Under the pieces are notes generated by a model that ran no database searches, was not told the origin of the DNA, and saw only the letters and a list, made by a program, of their open reading frames with translations. A program made the position numbers and the translations under genes. From positions 1 to 40,573 of the forward strand of contig SKKY01000018.1 in NCBI GenBank assembly GCA_007123515.1: 40,573 nt of DNA. Reading direction: 5' to 3'. The stretch comes from Clostridia bacterium (lineage in GTDB: Bacteria; Bacillota; Peptococcia; Peptococcales; SKKY01). Positions 27,267 through 39,557 of the stretch are shown here, one piece after another (within the stretch, counting starts at the first letter, position 1; each line of letters opens with the position of its first letter).

Positions 27267-29117
27267 TCACTCTTTCTTTTTTCCATTATTGATTCTCATC
27301 TGTAAATCTTCATGACTTTGCAAATAATTATACACGCTTTTTAACGTGTTTTGTGGAATTTCTTTAGTTTCCAGAAATTCTTCTTCGGAAGCTTCCAGCA
27401 TACGGCGCAGGCTTCCAAATTCGGCAAGAAGGATTTTTTTTCTCTTTGGACCAATACCGGGAATATCATCGAGCACAGAGGCGATGTTTCTTTTTGTTCG
27501 CAGGCTCCTGTGATAGGTTATTGCAAAACGATGGGCTTCATCCCGGATTCTTTGTACAAGATGTAAAGAAACACTTTGCGGCGGTAAAACAACCGGCTCT
27601 TTATTATTCATCGTATAAATCAACTCTTCTTTTTTTGCCAAAGCAATCAGCGTTATGTCTGAAGAAAATCCAGAATCCTCAAGCACTTTCCAGGCACTGC
27701 TTAACTGACCCTTTCCTCCATCAACAATCATCAAATCAGGTAGCGGTAAAAACTTTTCATTTTTTTTCGCTGCCTCTGCAAGCCGCCTACCTAAGACTTC
27801 TTCCATTGAGCGAAAATCATCAGCACCACTAAAACTTTTAATTTTAAATTTCCGATAGGCTCTTTTGTCCGGTCTTCCATCGGTGAAAACAACCATCGAT
27901 GCGACGTTCTCTGCACCCTGGATGTTTGAGATATCGTAACATTCGATTCTTTTCGGAATCTGTTCAAGACCTAAGGCCTCCTGTAATTGCAACAGGGCTT
28001 CTTTTTCTTCTTCTTCCTTCTTTATCACTACATTTTCAAGATAATCGCGGGCATTTTTCATCACCATATCCAGCAATTCCTTATTCTTTCCGCGAACAGG
28101 CACATGCAGACGCACTTTATGGGCCGCTTCCACACTTAAAATGTCTCCAAGAAGCGTCTCATCACCTACTGTATACGGGACCAGAATCTCTTTAGGCAAA
28201 TTAGGTTTATTCAGATAGTAGGTTTTTAAAAACTCTTCCAGCATTTCCTGAGGATCCTCTGTCGCTTTAGCCGTAATCAAAAAATGATCACGACCCAAAA
28301 TACGCCCACCTCTTATGAAAAATACGCTGAAGACCGTTTTGTCACCTCTTTGGAAAGCGCCTACAACGTCCTGATCCTGATCACGATTTGACACGATTTT
28401 CTGTTTTTCCATCACAATCTGAATCGCGCTGATTTTATCCCGGATCCGGGCTGCTTTTTCAAAATCAAGTGCTTCAGCGGCCTCTTGCATTTCTTTGCTA
28501 AGGTTCTTTTCTACTTCCTGTTTTTGCCCTTTTAGAAACCGTTCTATATTGGCAATAATTTCGACGTAGTCTTCCTGTGAGATTTTACCGGCACAGGGTG
28601 CAAAGCATTTTTTTATATGATAATTTAAGCAGGGCCGCTTGTTGTTAAACATCGTGTTCGAACAACTCCGGAAAGGAAACAGCCTTTTTAGAAGTTCCAC
28701 CGTATCATGCATGGCCGCTACACTAGTATAGGGTCCATAGTAACGGCTTCCGTCTTTTTTCAGGTTTCGGGTAACAACCACCCTCGGAAACGCTTCACGG
28801 GTAACTTTAATAAAAGGATACGTTTTATCATCCTTAAGACTGATATTGTATCTCGGTTTGTGTTTTTTTATCAGATTATTCTCCAGGATCAGTGCTTCGG
28901 CTTCGGTATCTGTAATGATGTAGGAGATGTCGGCAATTTTTTTGACCAACATCCTGGTTTTGGCTGAATCATGCTTTTGTTGACGGAAATAGCTGTTGAC
29001 CCGCGAACGCAGGGATTTAGCCTTACCAACGTAAATGATTGTGTCATGCTCATCTTTCATTAAATAGACACCCGATTGATCCGGTAATTTTTTTAATGTG
29101 TCTGATAGTGTTGTCAT
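27267..29117 (-). CDS. uvrC: excinuclease ABC subunit C
   Basis: 616 aa. GIY-YIG N-terminus (GVYLMKD...IIYVGKA), UVR domain, Endo V-like domain, C-terminal (HhH)2. Confidence 0.95.
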   Translation of the reverse strand: MTTLSDTLKKLPDQSGVYLMKDEHDTIIYVGKAKSLRSRVNSYFRQQKHDSAKTRMLVKKIADISYIITDTEAEALILENNLIKKHKPRYNISLKDDKTYPFIKVTREAFPRVVVTRNLKKDGSRYYGPYTSVAAMHDTVELLKRLFPFRSCSNTMFNNKRPCLNYHIKKCFAPCAGKISQEDYVEIIANIERFLKGQKQEVEKNLSKEMQEAAEALDFEKAARIRDKISAIQIVMEKQKIVSNRDQDQDVVGAFQRGDKTVFSVFFIRGGRILGRDHFLITAKATEDPQEMLEEFLKTYYLNKPNLPKEILVPYTVGDETLLGDILSVEAAHKVRLHVPVRGKNKELLDMVMKNARDYLENVVIKKEEEEKEALLQLQEALGLEQIPKRIECYDISNIQGAENVASMVVFTDGRPDKRAYRKFKIKSFSGADDFRSMEEVLGRRLAEAAKKNEKFLPLPDLMIVDGGKGQLSSAWKVLEDSGFSSDITLIALAKKEELIYTMNNKEPVVLPPQSVSLHLVQRIRDEAHRFAITYHRSLRTKRNIASVLDDIPGIGPKRKKILLAEFGSLRRMLEASEEEFLETKEIPQNTLKSVYNYLQSHEDLQMRINNGKKKE

Positions 29118-29131
29118 AAATGGCTCCTTTT

Positions 29132-31954
29132 TTAAAGAACGCGTTGTAAAAATTGTCCCGTATAGGATTTAGGATTCTTTGCTACGGCTTCCGGTGTTCC
29201 TTCTGCAATGATTTCGCCACCGCGAATTCCACCTTCTGGTCCTAAATCAATCAGATGGTCGGCTGATTTAATCACGTCAAGATTGTGTTCGATAATCACA
29301 ATCGTATCATCATTAGCCTTAATCCGATTAACGACACCCAGAAATTTATGGATATCCGCCGTGTGCAAGCCCGTAGTTGGCTCATCAAGAATGTAAAGCG
29401 TTCGTCCATTACTTTTCCGGTGAAGTTCAGAGGCCAGTTTGACTCGCTGAGCCTCACCACCGGAAAGAGTCGTTGCCGGCTGACCCAGTCGAATGTAGCC
29501 TAACCCTACCTCTTTCAATGTTTTCAGTCGACGATAGATTTTAGGGATGTTCTCAAAAAATTCTGCGGCATAATCGACCGTCATTTCCAGTACATCAGAA
29601 ATATTTTTACCTTTATAGCGAATTTCTAGTGTTTCTCGATTGTAGCGGGCTCCTTTGCATATTTCACAGGGAACATAGACATCCGGCAAAAAATGCATTT
29701 CGATTCTAATGATTCCATCACCATGGCAGGCTTCACAGCGGCCGCCGGGCACGTTAAAGCTAAATCTTCCCGGCTTATAGCCGCGCATTCTTGACTCCGG
29801 TGTCATCGAGAAGACTTCTCTAATCCCATCAAAAACCGAAGTATAGGTAGCTGGGTTCGATCTCGGTGTTCGGCCGATTGGCGACTGATCAATCTCAATC
29901 ACTTTATCAAGATACTCAATCCCATTAATCTTCTGATGTTGACCGGGTTTCATCTTCGCCTGGGGATAGATCGCCCGGGCAGCTCCTTTATACAAGATTT
30001 CATTTATTAGCGTGCTTTTCCCGGAACCGGAAACACCTGTCACGCAGGTAAATAATCCGATGGGTATTTTTGCATTGATTTTCTGGAGATTGTTTTCCTC
30101 AGCCTTTATAATTTCAAGGTATCTCCCAGTTTCTTTTTTTCTTTGCTGCGGTACTTCTATCTTTTTTCGTCCGGATAAATATTGACCGGTAATTGAGTCT
30201 TCGTTCTCCATTACTTCATCCGGTGTTCCGGAGGCCACTATATAGCCGCCTTTTTCTCCGGCATAGGGACCGATATCCACAACGTGATCAGAGGCTAAAA
30301 TAGTGTCCTCATCATGTTCGACCACAATCAGGGTATTGCCTAGATCCCGCAGCTCTTTTAAGGTACGAATTAATTTTTCATTATCTCGCTGATGAAGACC
30401 TATTGAAGGTTCATCTAAAATATATAGGACACCAACCAGTCCGGAGCCGATTTGTGTGGCCAGCCTGATGCGCTGAGCCTCACCTCCCGAGAGGGTGCCG
30501 GCTGCTCTGGCCAGGGTCAGATAATCAAGTCCTACATTTAGTAGAAAGCTAAGTCGAGCCTTTATCTCTTTAATCACTTGTCGGGCAATGATCATCTCTC
30601 TGTCTGTCAGAGTTAACGCTTCGAAAAAAGAAAACGCCTCTCCGATATTCATGGTTGTGACTTCATAAATGTTTTTATCTCCCACTCTTATCGCCAGTAC
30701 TTCTTCTTTAAGACGGGCACCATGACAGGCTGAGCATGGGTGGTTCTCCATATATTTTTCAATTTCATCACGCATATAGTCTGAGCTGGTCTCCAGGTAC
30801 CTTCGTTCTAGATTGGGAATGACTCCTTCAAAAGCATTACGATACTTTCTTTCCGCACCTTCGTCGTTGACATAGACAAACTCCAGCACCTCTTTTCCGG
30901 AGCCATAAAAAATGATCTTTTTTTGTTTGGCTGTAAGGGTGTTAAAAGGCTGATCGATGGTAAATCCATATTTCTCTCCGACTGTTTGCAGGGTCTGCAT
31001 ATAGATTCCGCTGAATTTTTTCCCCCAGGGAACGATGGCTCCTTGTCGAATGGTTTTTGTTTCGTCGGTCACCACCAGTTCAGGAGAAACTTCCAGCTTG
31101 GTTCCAAGTCCGCTGCAGACCGGACAGGCTCCGTAGGGGCTGTTAAAGGAAAACATCCTCGGAGTTATCTCTGAAAAGCTGATCCCACATTCCGGACAGC
31201 CAAAGTTTTTGCTGTAGGTGACTTCCTTGTTTTGATTCACATAGTCAATCTTAACAAGACCGTCGGTTATTCCAAACACGGTTTCTAAAGAGTCAGCCAG
31301 ACGGTTTTCAATGCCTTCTTTAATAACGATTCGGTCAACAATAACCGAGATCTCGTGCTTCTTGTTTTTATCTAATGCAGGCACTTCTGAGATATCATAG
31401 ATCTCGCCGTCTACTTTAACTCTGACAAAACCTTTTTTCTGAATCTCTTCAAATGTCTTTTTATGGGTCCCTTTTTGTCCCTCAACCATGGGTGCTAAGA
31501 ACTGAATCCGGGTTCCTTCTTCGTTATCCATAATCTGATCGACAATTTCCTCAACCGTTTGCTTGCGGATCATCTTTCCACAACCCGGACAATAGGGAAC
31601 GCCGATTCTGGCAAATAACAGACGAAGATAATCATAAATCTCGGTTACGGTACCTACTGTTGATCGAGGGTTCTTGCTGGTTGTCTTCTGATCAATCGAA
31701 ATCGCTGGTGAAAGCCCTTCTATATAATCAACATCGGGTTTATCCATTTGTCCTAAAAACTGACGGGCATAGGCCGATAATGATTCCACATATCGTCTTT
31801 GTCCTTCTGCATAAATGGTATCAAAAGCCAGTGATGATTTTCCGGATCCGCTTAATCCGGTCATCACAATAAATTTATCTCTGGGCAAAACCAGGTCTAT
31901 ATTTTTTAAATTATGGACCCGGGCTCCTTTTATCGTAATTCTATCTAATGCCAC
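29132..31954 (-). CDS. uvrA: excinuclease ABC subunit A
   Basis: 940 aa. Two ABC ATPase modules ([26 protein letters not shown] twice) and zinc-finger Cys clusters. Confidence 0.97.
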   Translation of the reverse strand: MALDRITIKGARVHNLKNIDLVLPRDKFIVMTGLSGSGKSSLAFDTIYAEGQRRYVESLSAYARQFLGQMDKPDVDYIEGLSPAISIDQKTTSKNPRSTVGTVTEIYDYLRLLFARIGVPYCPGCGKMIRKQTVEEIVDQIMDNEEGTRIQFLAPMVEGQKGTHKKTFEEIQKKGFVRVKVDGEIYDISEVPALDKNKKHEISVIVDRIVIKEGIENRLADSLETVFGITDGLVKIDYVNQNKEVTYSKNFGCPECGISFSEITPRMFSFNSPYGACPVCSGLGTKLEVSPELVVTDETKTIRQGAIVPWGKKFSGIYMQTLQTVGEKYGFTIDQPFNTLTAKQKKIIFYGSGKEVLEFVYVNDEGAERKYRNAFEGVIPNLERRYLETSSDYMRDEIEKYMENHPCSACHGARLKEEVLAIRVGDKNIYEVTTMNIGEAFSFFEALTLTDREMIIARQVIKEIKARLSFLLNVGLDYLTLARAAGTLSGGEAQRIRLATQIGSGLVGVLYILDEPSIGLHQRDNEKLIRTLKELRDLGNTLIVVEHDEDTILASDHVVDIGPYAGEKGGYIVASGTPDEVMENEDSITGQYLSGRKKIEVPQQRKKETGRYLEIIKAEENNLQKINAKIPIGLFTCVTGVSGSGKSTLINEILYKGAARAIYPQAKMKPGQHQKINGIEYLDKVIEIDQSPIGRTPRSNPATYTSVFDGIREVFSMTPESRMRGYKPGRFSFNVPGGRCEACHGDGIIRIEMHFLPDVYVPCEICKGARYNRETLEIRYKGKNISDVLEMTVDYAAEFFENIPKIYRRLKTLKEVGLGYIRLGQPATTLSGGEAQRVKLASELHRKSNGRTLYILDEPTTGLHTADIHKFLGVVNRIKANDDTIVIIEHNLDVIKSADHLIDLGPEGGIRGGEIIAEGTPEAVAKNPKSYTGQFLQRVL

Positions 31955-31993
31955 TCTTACACCTCTGTTATCTATAGTTTGGATTACTTTTCT

Positions 31994-34012
<2,019 letters not shown>

Positions 34013-34025
34013 TTTAAACCTCCGG

Positions 34026-34058
34026 AAAAAAAAGACTTATAAGCTCTGCTCATAAGTC
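34026..34058 (-). terminator. rho-independent terminator after ctp
   Basis: 7-bp stem gacttat/ataagtc (34034-34040 / 34052-34058) followed on the minus strand by U8. Confidence 0.6.
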
Positions 34059-34096
34059 AATTCTATCATTTTTTTCATATTACTCTATCTTTTGGT

Positions 34097-35242
34097 TTAT
34101 TGCAGCTGATCCTGTAAGTGGCCGATTGCAGCCTGCAATTGCGTATCTTCTGTATCTTCACTTGTTAATTCTACCACTAAATCGGGTGTAATTCCAACAT
34201 CATGAATGTTTCTCTTTAATGGAGTCAAGTATTGGTCTGTTGTAAGTTCAAGACCTCCGCCATTACCGAGTGGAAAAATGGTTTGAACAATTCCTTTGCC
34301 AAAAGTAGTTTCGCCAATTACAAACGCTACTTCGTTATCCTGCAAGGCTCCGGTCATCGCTTCGGCCGCACTGGCGGTATTGCTGTTAGTTAATACTACA
34401 ATCGGGAAATCAAATGTATTACCTGATGTAACGATGGAACGTGTTTCTCCAGCTTTATTTACCTGATGTAAAACAGGTCCTTCCGGAGTAAAACTTCCGG
34501 TAACATTCACAAAAGACTCTAAGTCACCGCCAGGGTTACTTCGAAGATCAATAATAAGTCCCTGAGGATCATTTTGTAATAATTCATTCATTTTCTCGGC
34601 AAACTCGTCAAATGTTCTTTGTGTAAACACAGAAATTCTAAGATACCCAATCTCAGGTGCTTCTTCGAGCATTTCTGCACGAATGGTCGGTGAATCGATT
34701 TGTTCTCTGGTGATGCTCACATCAAACACTTCCTGCTCACCCCGACGAATGGTCAATACGACTTCCGTCCCGGCTTCACCTCGAATCATATCAATAATAT
34801 CATTGATGCTCATCCCGGTTACATTTTCTCCGTCTACACCAATAATCGCATCATTTTCCTGAAGCCCGGCCTCTTCTCCGGGCGAATCTGGCATAGTGGA
34901 TACCACAATTACGGCATCATCAACGAAATCAGCATAAATGCCGATGCCTCCATAGGTTCCGCTAAAGGATTCCCTGAATTCCTGATAGCGTTCAGGCGGC
35001 AGATATCGGGAGTACCGATCATCAAGGCTACCGACAACCCCATGAATCATCCCTTCAATCATGGTTTCCCTTTCGGTGGGCCAGAGGAAAAACTTATCAA
35101 TCAGAACCACGCTCTGGACAAAGTGTCCGATATTATTAAAATTTGTTGCTACTACTGCCAGGCTTACGGTTGTAAAAACCAGACAGAAGATAATAATAAT
35201 AGCCATTAATACTTTTGCTGTTTTTTTTAGCAAGATTTTCAA
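34097..35242 (-). CDS. ctp: S41 family carboxyl-terminal processing peptidase (N-terminal membrane anchor, PDZ domain)
   Basis: 381 aa. TM anchor, PDZ (GLQENDAIIGVDG), DLRSNPGG, catalytic SASAAE and TFGKG motifs. Confidence 0.9.
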   Translation of the reverse strand: MKILLKKTAKVLMAIIIIFCLVFTTVSLAVVATNFNNIGHFVQSVVLIDKFFLWPTERETMIEGMIHGVVGSLDDRYSRYLPPERYQEFRESFSGTYGGIGIYADFVDDAVIVVSTMPDSPGEEAGLQENDAIIGVDGENVTGMSINDIIDMIRGEAGTEVVLTIRRGEQEVFDVSITREQIDSPTIRAEMLEEAPEIGYLRISVFTQRTFDEFAEKMNELLQNDPQGLIIDLRSNPGGDLESFVNVTGSFTPEGPVLHQVNKAGETRSIVTSGNTFDFPIVVLTNSNTASAAEAMTGALQDNEVAFVIGETTFGKGIVQTIFPLGNGGGLELTTDQYLTPLKRNIHDVGITPDLVVELTSEDTEDTQLQAAIGHLQDQLQ

Positions 35243-35264
35243 CCTTCTCTGCTTTTAAAAAATT

Positions 35265-36152
35265 TTAGACCTTCAGATATTTTCTTGTCGCCATCAGACT
35301 TCCTAACGCTCCAATAAATATGCCGCCGCCAACAATGGATCCTAGCGTCATATAGAGCCTCGGATAATCATACTCGAGTGGAATAAATGCGATGTTTAAA
35401 AGAACGTACTCCATAACATTCTGATATCCGGCAAATGTTATACCGGCAGCGATCAGTCCGCCAAAAAGTCCGATCATCAGCCCTTCAATAAAGAAGGGTA
35501 AAATAATATACCAGTTCGTTGCGCCGACAAATTTCATAACCCGGATTTCCTGGGCTCGGGAATACACGGTTAACCGAATGGTAATCATAATTAAAAAGAT
35601 GGCTGCCAACATGACTCCAAAGATCAGAAACATCCCCAGATTTCTTGCCCAGAAAGTAAAGGATAAGACATTATCCACAATTTCTTTACCATAAACAATG
35701 TTCTCAATCTGAGGCAGTCTGCGAAGTTCCGTTACAAGTGGTTCGACCATCTCTGGAGAAGTCGATCTGATAATATAGTGATCCGGCAAAGGGTTGACTC
35801 CTCCAAGGGTGCTCTCCAGATCCATCTCTGTGCCAAATCGTTCTTGTAAAAGAACAATCCCTTTTTCTCTTGATACAAATTCCAGATCGGAAAATCCGGG
35901 CATTTTTTCTATTTCCTTACTCAGCTCAAGCGCATCAAGCCTTGATACATCCTGTGATACATAGGCATTGATCTCCAACTGTGACTGTAAATGTTCCACA
36001 ACCTGATTTCCGGAGTTTACAAAAACCACAGTAAATCCAGTAATGGTTAAGGCCACAGCCAGTGCAATCACTGAGGCAAAAGCAATTCCTTTATTTCTCC
36101 ATAAAAACCGAAATCCATCTCTAATAAATATCTTTAAATAATTAGCGAACAT
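35265..36152 (-). CDS. ftsX: cell division permease-like protein FtsX
   Basis: Four TM helices with a large first extracellular loop, downstream of ftsE. ATG at 36150-36152 overlaps the last codons of ftsE. The track start is 36185. Confidence 0.85.
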   Translation of the reverse strand: MFANYLKIFIRDGFRFLWRNKGIAFASVIALAVALTITGFTVVFVNSGNQVVEHLQSQLEINAYVSQDVSRLDALELSKEIEKMPGFSDLEFVSREKGIVLLQERFGTEMDLESTLGGVNPLPDHYIIRSTSPEMVEPLVTELRRLPQIENIVYGKEIVDNVLSFTFWARNLGMFLIFGVMLAAIFLIMITIRLTVYSRAQEIRVMKFVGATNWYIILPFFIEGLMIGLFGGLIAAGITFAGYQNVMEYVLLNIAFIPLEYDYPRLYMTLGSIVGGGIFIGALGSLMATRKYLKV

Positions 36153-36828
36153 TATAGTATCCACCTTTTTCTTCATCCCGTACAATTTCGCCGAAACTTA
36201 ATTGTATGACACGTTTTCTGAGACGATTTACCATTTCCCGGTCGTGAGTAGCCATGACAACGGTTGTCCCCCATTTGTTAATGGTATTAAAGATTTTCAT
36301 GATTTCAAGAGATGTTTCGGGATCAAGATTTCCTGTTGGCTCATCTGCCACAAGCAGTGGGGGATTATTGACAATCGCACGGGCAATGGCTACACGCTGT
36401 TGCTCTCCTCCGGAAAGCTGTTCCGGATAAGATTTCTCGTGACCCACCAATCCGACAAGCTCAATAACAGCATTTACTTTTTTGGTAATCTCCTGTTGCC
36501 CAAGGCCAACGACCTCAAGAGCAAACGCAATATTTTCAGAAACCGTTCGTTTCTGAAGTAATTGGTAATCCTGAAAAACAAATCCAACTTTTCTTCTCAG
36601 AAAAGGAACTTCCCTGTTTTTCATCCGAACGACGCTTTTCCCGTCAAGAAGAATTTGTCCTTCTGTAGGCAAGATTTCTCTGATCAGCATATGGGTGAAG
36701 GTTGACTTCCCGGCACCACTGGCACCGACTAAAAACACAAATTCTCCGTTTTTAATGGCCAGACTGACATCATGCAGAGCAACGTTTCCATTTTTATATT
36801 GCTTCGTTACATTAAAAAACTGAATCAC
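36142..36828 (-). CDS. ftsE: cell division ATP-binding protein FtsE
   Basis: 228 aa. [32 protein letters not shown] start after GAGAGGTG. Confidence 0.93.
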   Translation of the reverse strand: MIQFFNVTKQYKNGNVALHDVSLAIKNGEFVFLVGASGAGKSTFTHMLIREILPTEGQILLDGKSVVRMKNREVPFLRRKVGFVFQDYQLLQKRTVSENIAFALEVVGLGQQEITKKVNAVIELVGLVGHEKSYPEQLSGGEQQRVAIARAIVNNPPLLVADEPTGNLDPETSLEIMKIFNTINKWGTTVVMATHDREMVNRLRKRVIQLSFGEIVRDEEKGGYYNVR

Positions 36829-36845
36829 AACGGCACCTCTCAGGT

Positions 36846-37781
36846 TTATTTTCTCTGAAGTACTTTCCTTGCCTTTTCTGCGATATCTTTTTTTGTCAGT
36901 CCAAAGGCTTCTAACAGCTCATTCGGTGAACCAGAGCGTCCAAAAGTATCGTTAACTCCGACTCTTTCCATCGGAACCGGATGATTCTCTGCCAGGGCTT
37001 CTGCAACGGCACTTCCGAGTCCCCCGATAATATTATGTTCTTCACAGGTTACACAACAACCTGTCTTGGTTACGCTTTTAATGATTCCATCTGTATCTAA
37101 AGGTTTAATCGTGCTGATGTTAATGACTTCAGCATCGATCCCCTCAGCTGCAAGTTCTTCAGCTGCAGCAATCGATTCAGAAAGCATAATACCAGTAGCA
37201 AACAATGCAACATCTTTACCTTCTTTTACTATAACAGACTTTCCGATCTCAAAGGTATAATCTTCACCAAAAATGACAGGCACAGCAGGACGACCAAGTC
37301 GAATGTAAACCGGTCCTTCAAATTCTGCGGCTTTCATTATGGCTTGTTCGGTTTCTGTTGCATCCGCAGGGACGATAACTGTCATCCCGGGAATCACTCT
37401 TGTCAGTGCGATATCTTCTATCATCTGATGTGACCCGCCATCTTCGCCGACAGTCAGGCCGGCATGTGTGGCAGCTATTTTTACATTAAGCATCGGATAG
37501 GCAATTGTGTTTCTGATCTGGTCATAAGCTCTTCCAATTGCAAAAACTGCAAAGGTGCTGGCAAAAGGAATTTTTCCTGCTGCTGCAAACCCGGCAGCCA
37601 CGCCCATTAAGTTTTGTTCGGCTATGCCCAGGTTGAAAAATCTTTCCGGATAGGCACTTTGGAAATCTGCGGTTTTTGTTGATTTGGATAAGTCAGCATC
37701 CAGCACAACAATGTTTTTATTATGTTCACCAAGTCTGACTAATGCTTTTCCATAAGCATCTCTTGTCGCAATTTTAGTCAT
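36846..37781 (-). CDS. transketolase, C-terminal (pyrimidine-binding) subunit
   Basis: FNLGIAEQNLMGVAAG, HAGLTVGEDGGSHQ. ATG at 37779-37781 after GGGAGG. Confidence 0.9.
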   Translation of the reverse strand: MTKIATRDAYGKALVRLGEHNKNIVVLDADLSKSTKTADFQSAYPERFFNLGIAEQNLMGVAAGFAAAGKIPFASTFAVFAIGRAYDQIRNTIAYPMLNVKIAATHAGLTVGEDGGSHQMIEDIALTRVIPGMTVIVPADATETEQAIMKAAEFEGPVYIRLGRPAVPVIFGEDYTFEIGKSVIVKEGKDVALFATGIMLSESIAAAEELAAEGIDAEVINISTIKPLDTDGIIKSVTKTGCCVTCEEHNIIGGLGSAVAEALAENHPVPMERVGVNDTFGRSGSPNELLEAFGLTKKDIAEKARKVLQRK

Positions 37782-37803
37782 AGTTCCTCCCAATTTTTAT
37801 CTA

Positions 37804-38622
37804 TTATTCGAGTTCACAAAGAGCGGCTTCCATCTCATCAGGTGAAGGGCATTTTCCGTGCCATCCGGCTTCATTTTCCATGTAGGATACCCCTTTACCT
37901 TTTACAGTTTTGGCAATAATCATCGCCGGTCTGCCCGTATCTTTTTTAGCTTCCGCTACAGCTTCTGCAATCGCATTAAGATCATGACCGTCAATTTCGA
38001 TCACCTGCCAATTAAAGGCCTTCCATTTATCCGGGAAAGGTTCCGGACACATGACATCTGAAATATCTCCATCAATCTGCAGTCCGTTATTATCAAGAAA
38101 AGCAATCAGATTCCCGAGGTTATAGTGGGCCGCAGACATTGCCGCTTCCCAGACCTGCCCTTCCTGTGTTTCTCCGTCTCCCAGCAGGGCATAGACGTAG
38201 TTATCTTTTTTATCAAGCGTTAAGGCCATTGCCATACCAACGGCTGTTGAAAAACCGGTACCTAACGATCCTGTGGACATTTCCACGCCGGGAACTTTTT
38301 TCATATCAGGATGTCCCTGCAGATATGAATCAATCTTTCTTAGTGTCTTCAGATCTTCAGCAGGAAAAAATCCTTTCTCAGCCAGTGCTGCATAAAGAAC
38401 TGGTGCTGCATGGCCTTTTGATAAGACAAAACGATCGCGGTCTTCCCAGGAGGGATTTTTCGGATCAACATTCATCTCCTTAAAATATAAATGCGTCAGG
38501 ATTTCTACAGCCGAAAGCGATCCACCCGGATGTCCTGATCCTGCCGCGGTTGTCATTCTTAAAATATGGCAGCGAATTTTCTGCGCCATGGTTTCTAGTT
38601 CTTTTACTTCTGTTGCCGACAT
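37804..38622 (-). CDS. transketolase, N-terminal (thiamine-diphosphate-binding) subunit
   Basis: 272 aa. SGHPGGSLS, SKGHAAP, GSLGTGFS, GDGETQEG, DNNGLQIDG. Confidence 0.9.
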   Translation of the reverse strand: MSATEVKELETMAQKIRCHILRMTTAAGSGHPGGSLSAVEILTHLYFKEMNVDPKNPSWEDRDRFVLSKGHAAPVLYAALAEKGFFPAEDLKTLRKIDSYLQGHPDMKKVPGVEMSTGSLGTGFSTAVGMAMALTLDKKDNYVYALLGDGETQEGQVWEAAMSAAHYNLGNLIAFLDNNGLQIDGDISDVMCPEPFPDKWKAFNWQVIEIDGHDLNAIAEAVAEAKKDTGRPAMIIAKTVKGKGVSYMENEAGWHGKCPSPDEMEAALCELE

Positions 38623-38670
38623 TATTCATTCTCCCATCTATTCATACATAGTTTCGTTTTATCTGATACA

Positions 38671-38693
38671 TTCTAACAAATATTTTGTTAGAA
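38671..38693. promoter_or_regulatory. 10-bp perfect inverted repeat with 3-nt spacer (candidate operator) upstream of the transketolase genes
   Basis: ttctaacaaa-tat-tttgttagaa. On the minus strand it overlaps a TAGAAT -10-like hexamer. Confidence 0.4.
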
Positions 38694-38698
38694 ATCTC

Positions 38699-38735
38699 TA
38701 TTTTAGGGTAAACTTTTTGAAAATATCCTAAAATA
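38699..38735. promoter_or_regulatory. second inverted repeat (9 bp arms, 19-nt spacer) in the divergent intergenic region
   Basis: tattttagg (38699-38707) / cctaaaata (38727-38735). Confidence 0.3.
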
Positions 38736-38750
38736 GTCTCATTTTATTAT

Positions 38751-38779
38751 TTGCTTTTTTTTCGAAACTATACTATAAT
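38751..38779 (+). promoter_or_regulatory. sigma-A type promoter of the SLT gene
   Basis: TTGCTT (38751-38756), 17 nt, TATAAT (38774-38779), about 40 nt upstream of the TTG start with an AAGGAGG RBS. Confidence 0.5.
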
Positions 38780-38820
38780 GCCTTTCATGTCCTTAAGACT
38801 CTTAAAAAGGAGGTATATGT

Positions 38821-39495
38821 TTGACAAATTTTAAGAGAAAAAAGGTCGCCGCTGCCGCTTTTACATTTTTGATGGCTTTCAGCTCAATCAGTGGTGCGAC
38901 TATAACCAGTGCAGACACAGAGCAGGAAGAAGATTTTGACGTCAAAGAGGCAGAAATATCTCCGGGTAATAATGGTAAACATTTAACAGTTCCATCGTTA
39001 ACTATGACCTACCTGAATTATCAAAACCTGATTGAAAAATACAATCCGGGACTTGATGATGCGACCCGGATAGAAATTTATCAGACGGCACAAGATGCAT
39101 CGCAAAAATATGATGTTCCTTTAGAGCTGATTTTAGCGATTATCGGTTGTGAATCTGAATTCAAGCCAAAATTACGTGGGGCTCTTGATGATACCGGTCT
39201 TATGCAAGTCCGCTTTCGATATTCATCATCCTGGGCAAAAGCGATGGGCATCGCAGCTCCTAAATCCATGTCGGCCTTAACGGATATTGAGACTAACATT
39301 TATATGGGAACCTATATTCTTAGCCATCTGTTTGATAATTTTCACAATAACCTGGAATATGCCCTCATTGGTTATAATGCCGGCGAAAACTATGTCAACC
39401 GACGTTTAGCCGCGGGGGATGAACTGCCTTCCCGTTACCTTGTTCGTGTCAATTTATTTTATGAAGAACTGACAAAACAACCGCTAATGAAGTAA
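38821..39495 (+). CDS. secreted lytic transglycosylase domain protein (SLT / GH23-like)
   Basis: 224 aa. Signal peptide (KKVAAAAFTFLMAFSSISGA), catalytic-Glu motif ILAIIGCESEFKP, GLMQV, YNAG. Confidence 0.85.
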   Translation: MTNFKRKKVAAAAFTFLMAFSSISGATITSADTEQEEDFDVKEAEISPGNNGKHLTVPSLTMTYLNYQNLIEKYNPGLDDATRIEIYQTAQDASQKYDVPLELILAIIGCESEFKPKLRGALDDTGLMQVRFRYSSSWAKAMGIAAPKSMSALTDIETNIYMGTYILSHLFDNFHNNLEYALIGYNAGENYVNRRLAAGDELPSRYLVRVNLFYEELTKQPLMK

Positions 39496-39516
39496 CATAA
39501 CACAATAAAAGAAAGA

Positions 39517-39557
39517 GGCCACCGGTATTTATTTTCCTCCGGTGGCTTGTTTTTTTA
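39517..39557 (+). terminator. rho-independent terminator of the SLT gene, overlapping the 3' end of convergent prfB
   Basis: ggccaccgg (39517-39525) / ccggtggc (39539-39546) followed by ttgttttttt. Confidence 0.6.

Noticed and set aside
34013-34096. Search for a LexA/SOS (Cheo-type GAAC-N4-GTTC) box upstream of uvrB, and also before uvrA at 31955-31993
   Set aside because: No GAAC-N4-GTTC-like element is present in either spacer. Only the ctp terminator and the uvrB RBS are evident. Absence by eye does not prove lack of SOS control.
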